A stretch of 63,841 bases of DNA, filler included, from Phoronis australis (lineage: Eukaryota > Animalia > Phoronida): assembly GCA_002633005.1 (NCBI GenBank). It is 7 parts of 7 records of this genome, joined end to end, with 100 filler letters (N's around TTAATTAATTAA, not from the genome) between each part and the next. Parts side by side here need not be neighbours in the genome. Positions count along the whole stretch, not along the records: positions 1 to 26,335 come from NMRA01000703.1; 6 more parts are not named here. One strand, 5' to 3'. The position numbers and the translations under genes are program-made. Below the pieces are notes generated by a model that ran no database searches, had not been told where the DNA came from, and worked only from the letters and a program-made list of their open reading frames with translations. Numbering within the stretch: position 1 is the first letter of the stretch; every line of letters begins with the position of its first letter. Below, piece after piece: positions 1 through 13,224 of this stretch.

Positions 1-3000
1 TTTATGGCAGTAAGAAGGTCACAAAAATGGCCACTAAAATTAGCCCCAAAAAGTGGTCTGTGGATTATCTCCCCTGTCTAGCACAAAACTGTTAGATTTT
101 AATAAATGGCACAGAATTATGCACAGTATACGTTGATTATTTCAGCCACCAAAATATAGCTTTTGATCTATTTTGTATGTTACTCATTTTTGTTGCTGAA
201 AACATGCAATTTTTGAGACGGCTAATATGCCCAATTGTGCCAATTTGTGTTATCATGCTCCAGCGGCGAAATTAGGGGTCAATGAGTGCACAAAATTTGT
301 CATTTGGGTTTTTGTTAGGATACCTACCCATGTACAAAAAATAAAGTTGTTTTAAATTTTGACGTATAGACTGATTTTTGAAAATCTACTGGTTTTTATA
401 TCGACTGCCTCTTAATTTTTGAAAATGTCCTCAAAATTAAACTTTTTTAAGACACCGTGTTGGCCGTATTCGTCAGTGTAGAAAAGCGAAATGAAAAAAT
501 TTGTACACACTGCACAAAGCACTTCCGTAGACATACGGAAACGTCAACGTCTCTGTCTTACAATGCTGCGTGTGCTTGGCATTTCTGATAAAGTGCTCTC
601 ATGCTGGAAAATTTTTTAAGATTGAGCACCGTTTCAAAAAATTGTGGGTCTTCTTACAGAAGAATTATTATGAGATTTTTGGACTGAAACGGAACCAAAT
701 CTTGTGTGGTGACTCATTGGAATGTGCAAAACTCGGGGATTGGGGGGGGGGGGGGGCAATACANAAGCATATCTTTTATTTTCGTGCCATACATGTAGTT
801 GACAGGTGACATTCAGCGTCACTTACTACCTAAGGTGGCAAGATCATACGATAAAAATATCATCAGACGCTTTGCTTCTCAAAAAGTGCACCTTGATGTA
901 TTTTATCTCAATTTTTTCAACAATGCAATCGCTTTACCAAAGATTCACGCACATATGCCGCGTAGAGACCAATACCTCTTCACCACGTATTCACATCTTC
1001 CCGTTCAAACTTGTTTTATATTACATAATTAGTCAACATGTTGTTGACAGAAAATATTTATTTTTGGAACAACGTGAACGACCAACTCAAAGGGGCCTAC
1101 GTGTACATTAACTAGCCCAGGTTTTAACGTCACTGATGCATGAAAACGGAATGCGCAAAGCTAGAATTGGCTGTAGCCTTAACAGTGGTCATTCCGTGTT
1201 TGATGTGACCGTCTAAGTTCGTGGAAATCGTAACCATATGATTTCAAAGTTAGAGCCATTGAAGTCCGAGGGTTTAGGGCATACTGGACCGTGAATTTCG
1301 TGTCTGTACTGCAAGGGTTAATACTATGAAAATAAAATCCCCGGAGTGAGAGCTCTAATCGCGGTGTAACAACTCACTCACTATCCCATCATCATGGGTG
1401 CGTGATAGGAGACCCATGAATAACTTAAAAAATGCAAAAAGATGCAGTTTGGCGTTAGACAAACAAAAATCAATTATGGGCGAAGACTGTCAAAAATAGC
1501 TGCATTTACAAAATGACTACGGCGTTGTATTGACCGGGAAGCAGCCAATCTAATACAATTTGTTAACATCACGAGTCAAATTAAAGATCAAATGTAAAGA
1601 AAACTTTCACGTTTTTCATCCAAAACTTGTTGCATTGTCCATAATCCAATGTTTACTATTACCGCTTGCCTTCACTTCGAACTAGAGGTGTTAAACAACC
1701 GATGTGAACTCATGCAACGGAGACAGTAAAACTAGGTTAATTTATGTGACCCTGTGCCAAGACGAATATGCATCGACACGCAAAGCGGTATCAGTCTGAC
1801 AACCTATTAGGCAACTGCTACTCTAGCCTAAAAATAGCAGCCGACCAGCTGGTTGGCTGATGGCCGGTCGGCTGAAGGGTCAGCTGAAGGGTGGACTGGG
1901 GAGTCGCCTTAGCCTTATGAGTCGGCACTGCGGCTGGCTGCCGGTTGGACAAAAATTTGTGATGTGTGCTGTATCAGCCTTTGAAAAAAGAAAAGTTACA
2001 ATTTCGACAATACGATTAGTTTTGTGTGAAATAAATAAAGAATTAGCACAGACAAAGAACCAAATGGAGTTCAGTCTTGTTTTATTCAACAACACAATTC
2101 CTCCCTGAAAGCTTCCATTATCTACTGATCACTCACTACAAAACTTGAGAACCCATATGCTATACAATTCTGAATACAGAAGAGCTCACTTAATGGCATA
2201 TCACCAGTTCCAATGCAAATTACGATAATAAGCCTGTTCAGATGTGATGTCAATTGTAACCACTGTATGTAACAAGCTTGTCAAGAGGAGAAACACAGTT
2301 AAACAGGAAACTGATGATATTGGCCCCCAGCGCAAAGTTGAGATCAGGCAAATGAATTGTATTTGGATTGAAAAGCAAAGGTATACATGAAAATAAGCGG
2401 GTTAAAATCAGTTTTGGGGAGTTTTAATGACAGGAATAAGACAATGATGACAATATAAGGGATACTTTACGTGCCATTTAGTGGTAAATGATTTGATTTT
2501 TGACATTTTTTTGATAATAACTGGGATATTCAATTATCCGGTATAACTTAGAGTGTGCTCCACTGCACTACATTAAAAATATTCTGCTAATGCCCCATCA
2601 GGACCAGAACACAAACTAAGGCTTATTCAATGTAACTGGCTGTAAAAGGGAATTCTACCTTTCTTGAAGGTATTTTCTTCATTTCGGCATATTTTGCTTA
2701 CTCTGCAATATCCTTTGAACCTTTCTAATCAGTTGTTATAAGAACCAGATTGACAATCCAAAGTGCACCGCTGTTAATAAGTTGCACAACACAAAGGTGT
2801 GTCCCAGTAGATAAATCACTGCAGGTTGTATCTTATTTTGTGTATTACACTTCTGGTATGAGCAATTGCCATAATTTTCTATCTCAACTTCATTTTCAAG
2901 GAAATCAACAGTACTAGATTTGAAGCACTTTTCAGAGTGCCTAAAACAATTATTTAATACAGCCCTATTACAGTTGCTTGAACACCAGGACATGTTGGCA

Positions 3001-3041
3001 TCCTGGGTAATGAGGCATCCTGGATAATGAGGCAGCTGATC

Positions 3042-4209
3042 AATAGCTCTCTTGCGAGTTTCTCGTTTATCAATGTGACGTCACCGGAAGGGGGGCAAAC
3101 CCACGATATTGCTCTTTTTTGCCCCCAGTTTTTGCTACACACGCTAAATCTTACTGCAGTTGTTATGGTGAATTTTACGCTTAAAATGTTAACACAACTT
3201 AAGAGATGGTAGATAGATCATGGAATAACTGTGAGTGGACGAAGAAAATAGGAACTTGTTATGTTGTGCGAAGCTGTGAACGGACTGATATTGGAACTCT
3301 ACAGGGTCTAGGCCTGAATGTCCCAGGCATACAGCTTTACAGGGGCGATAGTATATCCCCAAAAAAAGTTACTCACTTCAAAATACAGCAAATAAAATCA
3401 AATGGAACATGCATATGGGTACATGGAGTTATAATTAATACATACCCTGACTCTGGATACAATTTAGTCTACAAATAACTTGAACATATCCATGAAAACC
3501 TTGCAGTTCGCTCGAGTTTCTCTCACCTGGTGCCATTTTGAGGAAGTTACGTGAAATCACGTCTGTTGATGAACAAAAAGTCCAAGAAACACAAATCTTA
3601 CAAATTTCATTTGATATTTTCTCATGCTATTTTGCAAGTGTCACGCGCCAGATCTCGCGTTTCGCTCAGTCTCGCGCTAGCCTTTGTTTCATACTCACCT
3701 GACTCAGTTGAAATACTTTGTGGATATCGCGCGTGCGGTCAAAGCTAACAGTAACCACAAAGTGGAGTTGGAATTCTTCGCCAAAGTCACCTGAATTCCC
3801 GTAGCTATGCTTCATCGAAGATATGTTTAGAAGCAGAAAGGATGACTGAAGAAAGTAAGCGCCTTTTTAGATGATAATTTTAGGTGTAGAATGTATTTTT
3901 GACGAGGTGAAAACTTAATCAGTGAGAAAATTTCGCCTACACCCCGATTAAGATACACCAGACGAAATTAGTACAGAACGCGATAGAACATATTGTAGTG
4001 CGAATCTGAATTTCATTTGCCGTAACAGCAATGCTTGTTTGGCATTTTTCAAACTAAACGGCTAAAAACTCGAAGAAAATAACAGAATACACTCTGCTAC
4101 CATATCGGGCAAATGGCCAAACGACAAGCTTTTGCCCCACTTCCCGTGACGTCACAGTTAAGTCTCACATAATCTCGCATTATTGCTATAAACTCGCAAA
4201 AGGACTATT
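3042..4209. mobile_element. Non-autonomous DNA transposon (about 1.17 kb) with terminal inverted repeats; superfamily unassigned
   Basis: AATAGCTCTCTTGCGAGTTT (3042-3061) is an imperfect inverted repeat of AAACTCGCAAAAGGACTATT (4190-4209). A second, subterminal inverted pair is GTGACGTCACCGGAAGGGGG near 3075 and GCCCCACTTCCCGTGACGTCAC near 4134. No intact ORF. Confidence 0.6.
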
Positions 4210-5324
4210 AGCCAAACTTGGTTCAAAAATAGAATTTCAATGACCTGAACCAATACTACCTGTCCCTTAAGCTTCCTGGAATAAGGAATAAGGAATTGGT
4301 CAATAAAATGATGACTAACAGATTGAAGTGACTGTAGAAGAACAAAAGAGGTGGTGAGCTGGGTAAACCCCAGTCTTACTAACAAGGTTTTTGAGTCTGA
4401 CCAGGTCTCAAATGCAGTTGATAATGCAGGTGATAACAGGCCCCTTGTAACCTGCAGTTGATAATGCAGGTGATAACAGGCCACTGTAACCTGCAGAGAC
4501 ATACTGTATAAGAAAAGTCGATGAAGAGACTCCTGCTGCCTGAAATGCTGGATGATAGATGAAACACCAGAACGCTCAGTCGGTCGGTGTTTCACTTAGA
4601 AAAGCATTAGAAAGGAATGCTTTGGAAGTAAAGTTATAGTTTCAGTGAAAAGTGTCACAGCTGACAAAAACATTAAAACCCTGTCTTGCAAAATTCCTTA
4701 AGCAGGCTAGTAGACAAGTATGAGTAGTGAATTTAAAGCACAGTGTCTGTTGCAATGGGCCTAAGTAACGTGTCGTCCTTTCTGTTTTGTTTGCTTTATT
4801 TCACATCTGACACCACTGTCCCATTATTATGTTTATTATTAACTTCATTTTCATGGAAATAAACAGTTCTAGTTTCATAACACTTTTCATAATGAATAAA
4901 ATAATTATGCTAAAGTAACCAGAAACATGTTACAATATGACTGTTCCCCATAGTGCCTAAGTCACATAAAGCCACCAACATGAATTTGTGGTAAAAACAA
5001 GGTCACACTGGATGACAGTCGGGAGTAAATGGGATATTAGTGAGTGTCAGTTTCAAAAATCCCCAATCTACTTTAGGCCCGATAAAAAACAGCCGATCAT
5101 GTTAGGGACAGAAATAAATCCATAGGATCGACCGAACATCTCTACATATCTGACCCAGACACAACAAAAGGACTGGTTGTGAGTGCGTAGTATCACCAGA
5201 CTATTCTGGACTCGCTTCACCACACGGTTTTGCTACTGTGATTGTTATAAACATTCTGAACCAAACAACAACAAACACTCATTATGTGTTTTACAATCAA
5301 TTTGACATGGAGTACTGATCTCAC

Positions 5325-5403
5325 CTCTTCAAAGTTGGCTAAACTGTATACATGTGGCTCCGTATATATGTGTGTGGGAAACCGATCCAGTTCAGAGAGC
5401 ATG
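5325..5403 (-). CDS. RUBCN: Rubicon (RUBCN) exon, C-terminal RH/DUF4206 region: (S)MLSELDRFPTHIYTEPHVYSLANFEE
   Basis: tttttcAG acceptor and GTGAGA donor. Its phase-2 start matches the preceding exon. Resembles the recalled Rubicon segment [24 protein letters not shown]. Confidence 0.85.
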
Positions 5404-5620
5404 CTGAAAAACACAAGCGGTGAACTAAACGATGAGCAAAAAAGCAACTTTTCCTTTGAAAACACTTAGTCTGTTCTGCATTCATTAGAAATTGTCACAA
5501 AGTAAAAATTGGTGCTCTCAAGTCAATGATGGTCAATTCATGTTTTAACACGGTAGTTTTTGATAAACAAAATGGTGGTAACCAGGATTTTGAGAAACTA
5601 GCCTAAGGGCAGGTCATACC

Positions 5621-5779
5621 CAGGGGCGGATCCAGGATTTTGAGTTAGAGGGGGTCATGGCAGAGTTTTAGCCAGGATTTTGCCCGTCAGACATTTGCAC
5701 CCTCTATCTGACAAATGTAAACTGGGAGAATTTTAGGGGGGGCCATGCCCCCCTTGGCCCCCCTCTAAATCTGCCACTG
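5621..5779. mobile_element. Short MITE (159 bp) with CAG...CTG ends and a 5-bp TSD (ATACC)
   Basis: Starts CAGGGGCGGATCCAGGATTTT and ends CCCTCTAAATCTGCCACTG. ATACC flanks both sides (5616-5620, 5780-5784). A related copy lies at 29370-29503. Confidence 0.75.
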
Positions 5780-5904
5780 ATACCTTTGCTTGATATCATT
5801 GTGCAGATATGAAATCAAGATGGTAGAGCTGCAACCTGTTACAGTTCACCAACTTTAAACAAAGCACAATCACAATGCACACAAAAACACCGGGAGAGCT
5901 ATAC

Positions 5905-6205
5905 CTCTGACCGTTACGACACGTGCGCAGAAACGTCCTCAGATGGTACAGCTGTATCCTACAATCCTTGACCTGATCCAACACTTTGACACGGCGGTAC
6001 AGCGAAGCATTGATGTCCAACAGGTTGAAGAGGGGCTCAGAGTGCATGCGCTCCAGCAGGTCGCGCGAGAAGTTGGACACATGACACCGTGTGAAGTCCC
6101 ACTTCTGGAGGATGCGTGCCGGGATGGAGCTGGTAGCATTGCCGTGGCAACACTGGCAGAAGTACTTGCCTAGGTATTCACAGTAGCGGAACCTCTTGGC
6201 AAACC
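5905..6205 (-). CDS. RUBCN: Rubicon (RUBCN) exon, Cys-rich RH/DUF4206 domain: GFAKRFRYCEYLGKYFCQCCHGNA...RTCRNGQ
   Basis: RYCEYLGKYFCQCCH, RIL.KWDF and VSNFSRDLL closely match Rubicon as recalled. AG/GT boundaries; 301 nt, phase 1 to phase 2, consistent with both neighbouring exons. Confidence 0.92.
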
Positions 6206-6412
6206 CTAAAAATGAAATCATCCTTTTTTCATCTGCAAAACATTTTGCACCAGATTCTATTTAATGAAAAAATTGAGTAAAATATCGATGCTAAAAATAG
6301 TTATAAATCATAACTGCGAATTTTGAAAACAGTAAATTTCAATTTTCTCATATGTCCGGTGAATGTTTATAATTTTTCTCAAAAAGTTTACTAGGCGATT
6401 GATAATCTCTAT

Positions 6413-6606
6413 TAAAATAATTAATAGTTTTGTACCAAGTCTGTGTATAGTAACTACACTAAAATAATTAATAGTTTTGTACCAAGTCTGTGTATAGTAA
6501 CTACACTAAAATAATTAATAGTTTTGTACCAAGTCTGTGTATAGTAACTACACTAAAATAATTAATAGTTTTGTACGAAGTCTGTGTATAGTAACTACAC
6601 TAAAAT
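6413..6606. repeat. Minisatellite, 47-bp unit, about 4 copies
   Basis: Unit AAAATAATTAATAGTTTTGTACCAAGTCTGTGTATAGTAACTACACT, repeated almost perfectly. Confidence 0.95.
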
Positions 6607-6702
6607 TCTATATTTTGGGACAGAATAGGATGAACACTAGGTGAAATTTCATTTTGTCAAATTTCTCAACACAAATAACATTTCAGAAAAAAACTTGCTT
6701 TT

Positions 6703-7095
6703 AGCATGGTTAGTATGGCGTGGCAATGTTTGTATGGTATAGCATGGTTTTATGGTGTAGCATGGTTTGTATGGCGTGGCATGGTTTGTATGGCATAGCA
6801 TGGTTTGTATGACATGGTATGGTTTGTATGGCGTCGTATGATTTGTAAGGCATGGCATGGTTTGTATGGCATGGCATGGTTTGCATGACATGGTATGGTT
6901 TGTATGGCGTCGTATGATTTGTATGGCGTGGCATGGTTTGTATGGTGTAGCCTGGTTTGTATGGCATGGCACGGTTTGTATGGCGTTGTATGGTTTGTAT
7001 GGCGTGGCATGGTTTGTATGGTGTGGCATGGTTTCCATGGGGTGGCATGGTTTGTATGGTGCAGCATAGTTTTATGGTGTAGCATGGCTTGTATC
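6703..7095. repeat. Minisatellite, about 19-bp unit (ATGGTTTGTATGGCGTGGC), about 20 copies
   Basis: Visible periodicity. It explains the repetitive HTNHA/PYKPC ORFs in several frames. Confidence 0.95.
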
Positions 7096-7318
7096 GTTTA
7101 GCAATTACCAACAGTTGCTTAAATTTTAGCATTTGCAACACTGTGGAAAGTCTCAAAAATAGAATTGACAATGTTAACAATTATTTTCGTCCCAAAATTG
7201 AAAAAAATTAAGGTAAATCCCTCCTCATTGAAATTTTGTGCAAATTTTAAGTGAACAAACTCTCAAGAAATCTCATTTCAATTTAATGAAGTGTCTGAAT
7301 TTGAAACAAAATCAAGTA

Positions 7319-8416
7319 CCGTATTCGCCCTAATAACCGCCCATGCCCCTATAAGTGCCCCCATGTGTTTTCAGACTTTGCTAAAATAAGCGCACAGTCC
7401 ATGGACGTGTACGTGCTAAAAACGCCTTCCCTACAGTCCTAAATTTCTGCAGCAAAGTCTTTAACTTATCAATAATATCCGACCTGAAAAAGTCATTGTG
7501 CACGGAACTTGTAGACCACGAGCCTCGCTGCTATGTCGGAATTTAGCCGTGACTATACACTAACTTTTGCAGAGCCTCAAAAAGAACACAAAAGTTTTGC
7601 TGATCTTGTGAGGAATGTGTCGTACTTGTCAACGGGATTGTATTGTAGATATTTCCTACCCTCAACAGGAATCCAAATTTCTTTGTACACATGAAAACTG
7701 TGAATCGAAGACTAATAAAAAACTCCACCAGTATTAAAAGCACGTGGCCAGGAAGCGCGTGCTACATGCATGAACCTGTCATCAAAGACATTAGTCGGGA
7801 ACTATGCATTCATGAAACGGGTAACATAGTATCGGCAAGAAATGAATATTGGCACTAATTTCTGGCAGTTTGTACTACCATAAAAAAATTTTGCGTTATT
7901 TTTAAGAGGGATTGTTTGATTAATCATAATTGGTGTTTTTAAAGCCAAATATTCGATAAAATGATTACTGAAAGTGAAAACTTACACACCCTTACACCGA
8001 AAAATAACTGCCAGACAGTCACGTACGCATCCAGCCACACAGCCACTAATATGGGCCTTACCGAGACAATTGTCAAGCGTTTTTTAGCAGATGAGACCGG
8101 CAAGTGCTGAATGAAACAAGTTAAGCTTGTGTACAATGCACATGTTGCGAGGCTAGTCAGTTGCCGAGTTTTCGCCCTGGGATTTATGCATAATTTTCTA
8201 ATCATAATTTAACCACAAAGTTTGATAGCAATGCCCCACAATTTTGTAGAAAGTCTGTCATAGGTTACAGATACATCACAGAGTCTAAATATGACGAATC
8301 TTAGCTTCTGATATCACCCCTTTCGGAGACCGGATTTCAACCATCTTGGGTTACAATAACCGCCCCCTGAAACGAATTTTTCAAAGTGCCCTGGGCAGTT
8401 ATTAGGGCGAATTCTG
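7319..8416. mobile_element. Non-autonomous Tc1/mariner-pogo-type element (about 1.1 kb) with TA TSD
   Basis: TA|CCGTATTCGCCCTAATAACCGCCCA at 7317 and TGGGCAGTTATTAGGGCGAATTCTG|TA ending at 8418 form about 25-bp TIRs flanked by TA. Confidence 0.8.
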
Positions 8417-8837
8417 TAATAAAACTTTAAATAGTGAATCCTGCTACAGGAGAGCATTACTACGAAACCACATTTTTTCTAGAAGCAGAGATGCTGTTTT
8501 TCCTTCACTACTACACCGACAGAGCACAGCACATTGCTACATCAACCCAATGCAGAGAGTTAGCACAAGGTCAACACTTCACATTTTTCACATAACTCTT
8601 GAACTAGACCAAGTATAGCCTAGAAGTATTGCATCAGCTTTCAAAAAGGTAGCCAAAAATTCTTTTCTCAAAAATCGTCAAAATAAGCAAAACATTTCAT
8701 CTGGTTTTCTTCTGGATTTTTGCCAAAACTTTGATGAAGCCACACAATTTTTGACAAAATTTTGCAGACTTTTTTGAAAACTACAGTCAGTATCTGGACT
8801 ATACTTGCACTTAATCCTCTTAATAATTAGTACTCAC

Positions 8838-8902
8838 CTGGCTCCACTTTTGTGCCACAACCGGCACACCTGTAGTTTTGCCTCATCATCACAGCAGTTC
8901 GT
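8838..8902 (-). CDS. RUBCN: Rubicon (RUBCN) exon: RTAVMMRQNYRCAGCGTKVEP(G)
   Basis: cttcAG acceptor and GTGAGT donor. QNYRCAGCG is the Rubicon motif just before RYCEYLGKYFC. Its phase-1 end joins the 5905-6205 exon in frame. Confidence 0.9.
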
Positions 8903-8949
8903 CTGAAGTTGAACAACAAGATGATAGATAAGTTATTACTTCATCACAG

Positions 8950-9385
8950 TCAACAGTGACACAACACTCCACGACTCCTAGATGAGTGAAGGCTTTCCAT
9001 GTGTCACACCAACAGTGACACAACACTTCACGACTCCTAGATGAGTGAAGGCTCTCCATGTGTCACACCAACAGTGACACAACACTCCATGACACACAGT
9101 TGAGCTAAGCCTCTCTGTGTGTCACACCAACATTGGCACAACACTCCATGACACACAGTTGAGCTAAGCCTCTCTGTGTGTCACACCAACATTGGCGCAA
9201 CACTCCATGACACACAGTTGAGTGAAGCCTCTCTGTGTGTCACACCAACATTGGCACAACACTCCATGACACACAGTTGAGTGAAGCCTCTCTGTGTGTC
9301 ACCCCAACATTGGCACAACACTCCATGACACACAGTTGAGCTAAGCCGCTCTGTGTGTCACACCAACATTGGCACAACACTCCAC
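8950..9385. repeat. Minisatellite, 59-bp unit, about 7 copies
   Basis: Unit GTGTCACACCAACATTGGCACAACACTCCATGACACACAGTTGAGCTAAGCCTCTCTGT; the first copies are more diverged. Confidence 0.92.
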
Positions 9386-10535
9386 TCACATTTGTTTTTG
9401 GCCAAAATATGAGTACCAGCCTTAAAATTAGCTGGTATGTAAATAAGAGCATGTTGATGGATGTTTGGGTTTATTCACTATAAATCAAAACAAAAGTTCA
9501 CATTATTCAATCAAGTGACACAGCTGGAGAACAGATAGTACAGGTACAGATCAAAATGCCTAAAGGTGGCATCATCATTGTCTAAGATCTGAACACCAGA
9601 GTAAAGTATAGTGTGACCAGTTGTCAATGAATGGTTAAGAACAGCACAGTGTGTGTGTCTTTACAGTGTTCTTGATGCAACACTCCACCACATGTAGATG
9701 AGCTAAGAAGCTCAGTGTGGTACACCAAGGAGCTCAATTAACTTGAAAGCAGATCAAAACTGAAATGTGCATATCTGCCAACAATCTAGAATAATGTACA
9801 GTAATGGAAGACAATCATTACCCTTAACTGGTGATAATTGCATTAATTTTGATTTTCAACTAATGACTTTGATGCCGTTTATTGTGGTTTGTAAAATGGT
9901 ATCAGAATCTATCCTTACTCTTGGCAGCAGCTGTGATTCACGTGATTCTACAACTTGGGCTATTTCATTTTGTCAAATTTCACATCAAAAACAATATTAC
10001 TTTTAAAATATTAATTCTAACATGGTTTGTACTGAATAGCACAAATGTCTTGAAACAGAACCTGGCAATTTTTTACAATGCATTTGAAAATGATATCAAA
10101 AATAACGATTTCAGCAATTATTTTTGTATAAATTATACGAGGAGTTACAGTAATCAATTGCATTGCCAGAAAAAATAATTCAAGCTTGAAATAAGGTGAA
10201 TTAACATGAACAGGTATTCCTGCAATAGGTGCAGTTATGTAATAACTGTTACTTCAGCCAGTGTGTTACCTTTAAGTTATGTATGTCCATAAAACAATCT
10301 TTAAATTTGACTAACTTCAGAACATCATACTCATAAAAAATGTTATGAAACTGTGCTTTAGACACTATTCTCCAAAACCTTTTAGAAGTTGTTTTTAAAA
10401 TATTTCATTTTTGCATGCAAAATAGGACTTCTATAGTTTTCTTGAAAAAATTAATAGTTGCACAAAACAAAACCAAATATCTTAGAAACTGTAAACCGAG
10501 ATCTCACCCGGAACATTAATAAAGTTTGATCAATT

Positions 10536-11050
10536 TATTACTCTGCGCGTGCAAGCGCAGAGTACTGTAAAGTTGTTCCTGGGTTTTCTTCAATTTTATT
10601 CTTATTACTCTGGGCATGAAAGCACAGAGTACTGTTGTTCCTGGGTTTTCTTCAATTTTATTCTTATTTGTATTACTCAGCGCGTGTAAGCGCAAAGTAC
10701 TGTTGTTCCTGGGTTTTCTTCAATTTTATTTTTATTCTTATTCTTCTTCTTCTGACAAACTTTGAGGCTTAATAACTCCAAAATGGGTGCAGGTATGTCC
10801 TTTAAATTCTGCATGTGATTTTTGGCAGTACATAAATTTTGATTCGTTATATAATCATATTCCATATTGCACCGGAAGAGGTCATTTGGTGCAAAGGTCA
10901 TGTAATTTTCAAAATGCTACTCCTTCATTTTTAAAGCTATTCTTTTCAAATTTGGTGCACAGGTATAAGTCAATAAGGCAATTGAAAAAATTACTTTTCT
11001 AAGTAATCGGGTCATCTAATCAGGTTAAACAGGTCAAAGGTCATTAGGTG
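10536..11050 (+). mobile_element. DINE-1/HINE-like interspersed repeat with a triplicated hairpin head
   Basis: Three tandem copies of TTATTA-CTCTGCGCGTGCAAGCGCAGAG(hairpin)-TACTG...GTTCCTGGGTTTTCTTCAATTTTATT, then a (TTC)n tract and a body with GGTCAAAGGTCA-type motifs. The family assignment is inferred. Confidence 0.5.
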
Positions 11051-11782
11051 CAAACTAAGATTGAACCCCCCTCCGGGGAAAAGGTCCAGCCCCAGCCTAT
11101 CCGTTAAAGATAAGATACAGATGGACAACAAAATTGTTGCAGCTACTAGTACTACTAACTACAATGATAACTAAGTTTTTTAGTAATAATTTTGAATTTG
11201 CTTCTGTTTGTTATTTGCGTAGATGACAGGATTGTGCAGACGATTAGAGGAGGCTTTATGTTACTCATAGACATTGATCACACGTGGTGGTTACACTGTA
11301 GGGTAAGAAGCGAGTCCAGAAGTAAATGTCTATACCTAGCTAAGCTACATAGCAGCGACAGAGCTCCCAAAAAGTAGTGTGGTGTGAATGCCTTAAAATC
11401 GACCGAGAAACAAAACAGCAGAAAATAGGTTTGTTATATGATATTGCTTGCTAGCATACTACGGTAAAGGGCAGGCGTTCTTAAATTTGTAATTGAGGAA
11501 GTGTTTGTCAAATACAGGTAATACTATGTTTTTCATACAGCGTCCGCTTCTACTGTGGATCGGTGGATTGACATGCATGCGTATACACGCTGTATGCGTT
11601 TCTGTCCTTTTAAATTCAGTAGAAGCCGACGGTAAGTTCACTATAGGCAGCCCTCCGTCGTAAGTCTAGACCCAATAAAAACTTTGGTCAATGAAGATAG
11701 ACTTCTTGTCAATAGCGTCAATGATGCACAGCCTCACAGACTTAATTCTTACGATCAACTAACTTGATGGAAAACATTTCCA

Positions 11783-12783
11783 AGGTTAGATGCCACTATT
11801 CCGAAGGTTCGCCACCTTCAAAAGTTCTCTACTTCGAATGTCCACAATTCCAAAATCAGAACTCCAACAGTTACTTTTTTCTTAAATATAAGCAAAGCCC
11901 CAGGAGTCGATTTCGCATTATATCCTGGTTCTAATTCACACCATTGCAAACATTCACTAGTAAGACCGAGCTCAGAGGAGTAGCACACACCTAACTTTGT
12001 GCAATGCTCAAATGTTAACCAGTGAAGCCAGGATTCGAACCCAGGTCTCCCAAATAGGAGTCCGAACCTCTGATTGTCTGCTAATGAGTCCTAACAGACA
12101 CGAACATAGTATCATATTGTGTCCATTTAGTAACCATTTAAAGGGTGTGCAAAAGTTAAGAATACAATGATTACATTGTTTAAAAAAGAGCCCAGTTCCA
12201 ATAACTGCCAATGGTGATTCTTGAATCTAACTAACGATTCTCAAGCATGGACTACATCTAGGGCACGGGTCAGGGCTGCGACCAACGGTTTTAAATTTAA
12301 AAGGACTGAATGGGGCTCTCTGACATCGTGAAGACTGGCAGGGACAGGGTAGCCTGCTAATTACGTTTAATTTTGACCTGGCCATGTGCGCAGTTGCGGT
12401 GGGTGAAGTTCACGTGCAGCGGCCCTAAACTTTTCAGTCGCGCTGTGAAATGCTGCCACTTTGACATGGATTTGATGAATGTATTGTGGTTGATAATTCA
12501 TCAATATTCCCACTCCATATTTTTTAAAATGCAATAAAAATCTCATTTTTTCGTGTTCGTAAGACATGCGGGCAATTTCTCACGTGCATGAAATCCAAAC
12601 AAAAAAGCGCTTTAGTATCCGGGCGTTGTTTTCAGAATAGGTACACTATTTAGTGTAACAAATAACCGAAGTATCATTTATTCATTTTTGCTTGTAAAAG
12701 TGTAAAAATTACACGAGTTGAAAAAGTTTCATCTTGTCGTAGTAGTGAACCTTCGGAATAGTGAACCTTCGGAATGACGAACC
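11783..12783. mobile_element. Degenerate MITE-like element with subterminal repeated inverted motifs
   Basis: CACTATTCCGAAGGTTC near 11795 is the inverse of the tandem GAACCTTCGGAATAGTG motifs at about 12747-12783. Exact ends and TSD not resolved. Confidence 0.45.
12025..12092 (-). mobile_element. Degenerate tRNA-derived SINE head or pseudo-tRNA
   Basis: Minus-strand B box GGTTCGAATCC (12031-12041) inside a CTGG...CCTGG T-arm-like context. The A box is poor and no cloverleaf can be drawn. Confidence 0.35.
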
Positions 12784-13224
12784 AAATGGTGAGTAGTGGG
12801 CTGTTCCCATTTCCAATGACGGAAACAACTTCAGTAATACATAAAATATACTAGATAAACAATTTTGTCAAATTATTCTCCGACTAAATATTTCTGTCCC
12901 AGTAGGTGTAATCACTCATTTAAGCATGCCCGATTTGAAAATTTGGCAGGATGTAATGCGAGAATGTTTTGGACCACATTACATCCAAACTGAGTCCAGT
13001 TCTTTGCAAGCAATCCTCACGGCATCCTCATCTCTGATATTACTAATTCCATTTCTTCTCAAAAACATAGAGATGAGAATCATCTTTGTGTAAACAAACT
13101 TCGCTTCCCCCTGATTAAGCTTCGTAAACTGAGGGCCTTAATCATGAAAACTCCACAATGTCGACGTTTGCAAAATATCAAAGGTCCACCGTTCAAGAAA
13201 TTCGCAATGCTGGCTACAGGCCTG

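Noticed and set aside
6649-7180. Overlapping His/Cys/Pro-rich repetitive ORFs
   Set aside because: Translations of a 19-bp intronic minisatellite.
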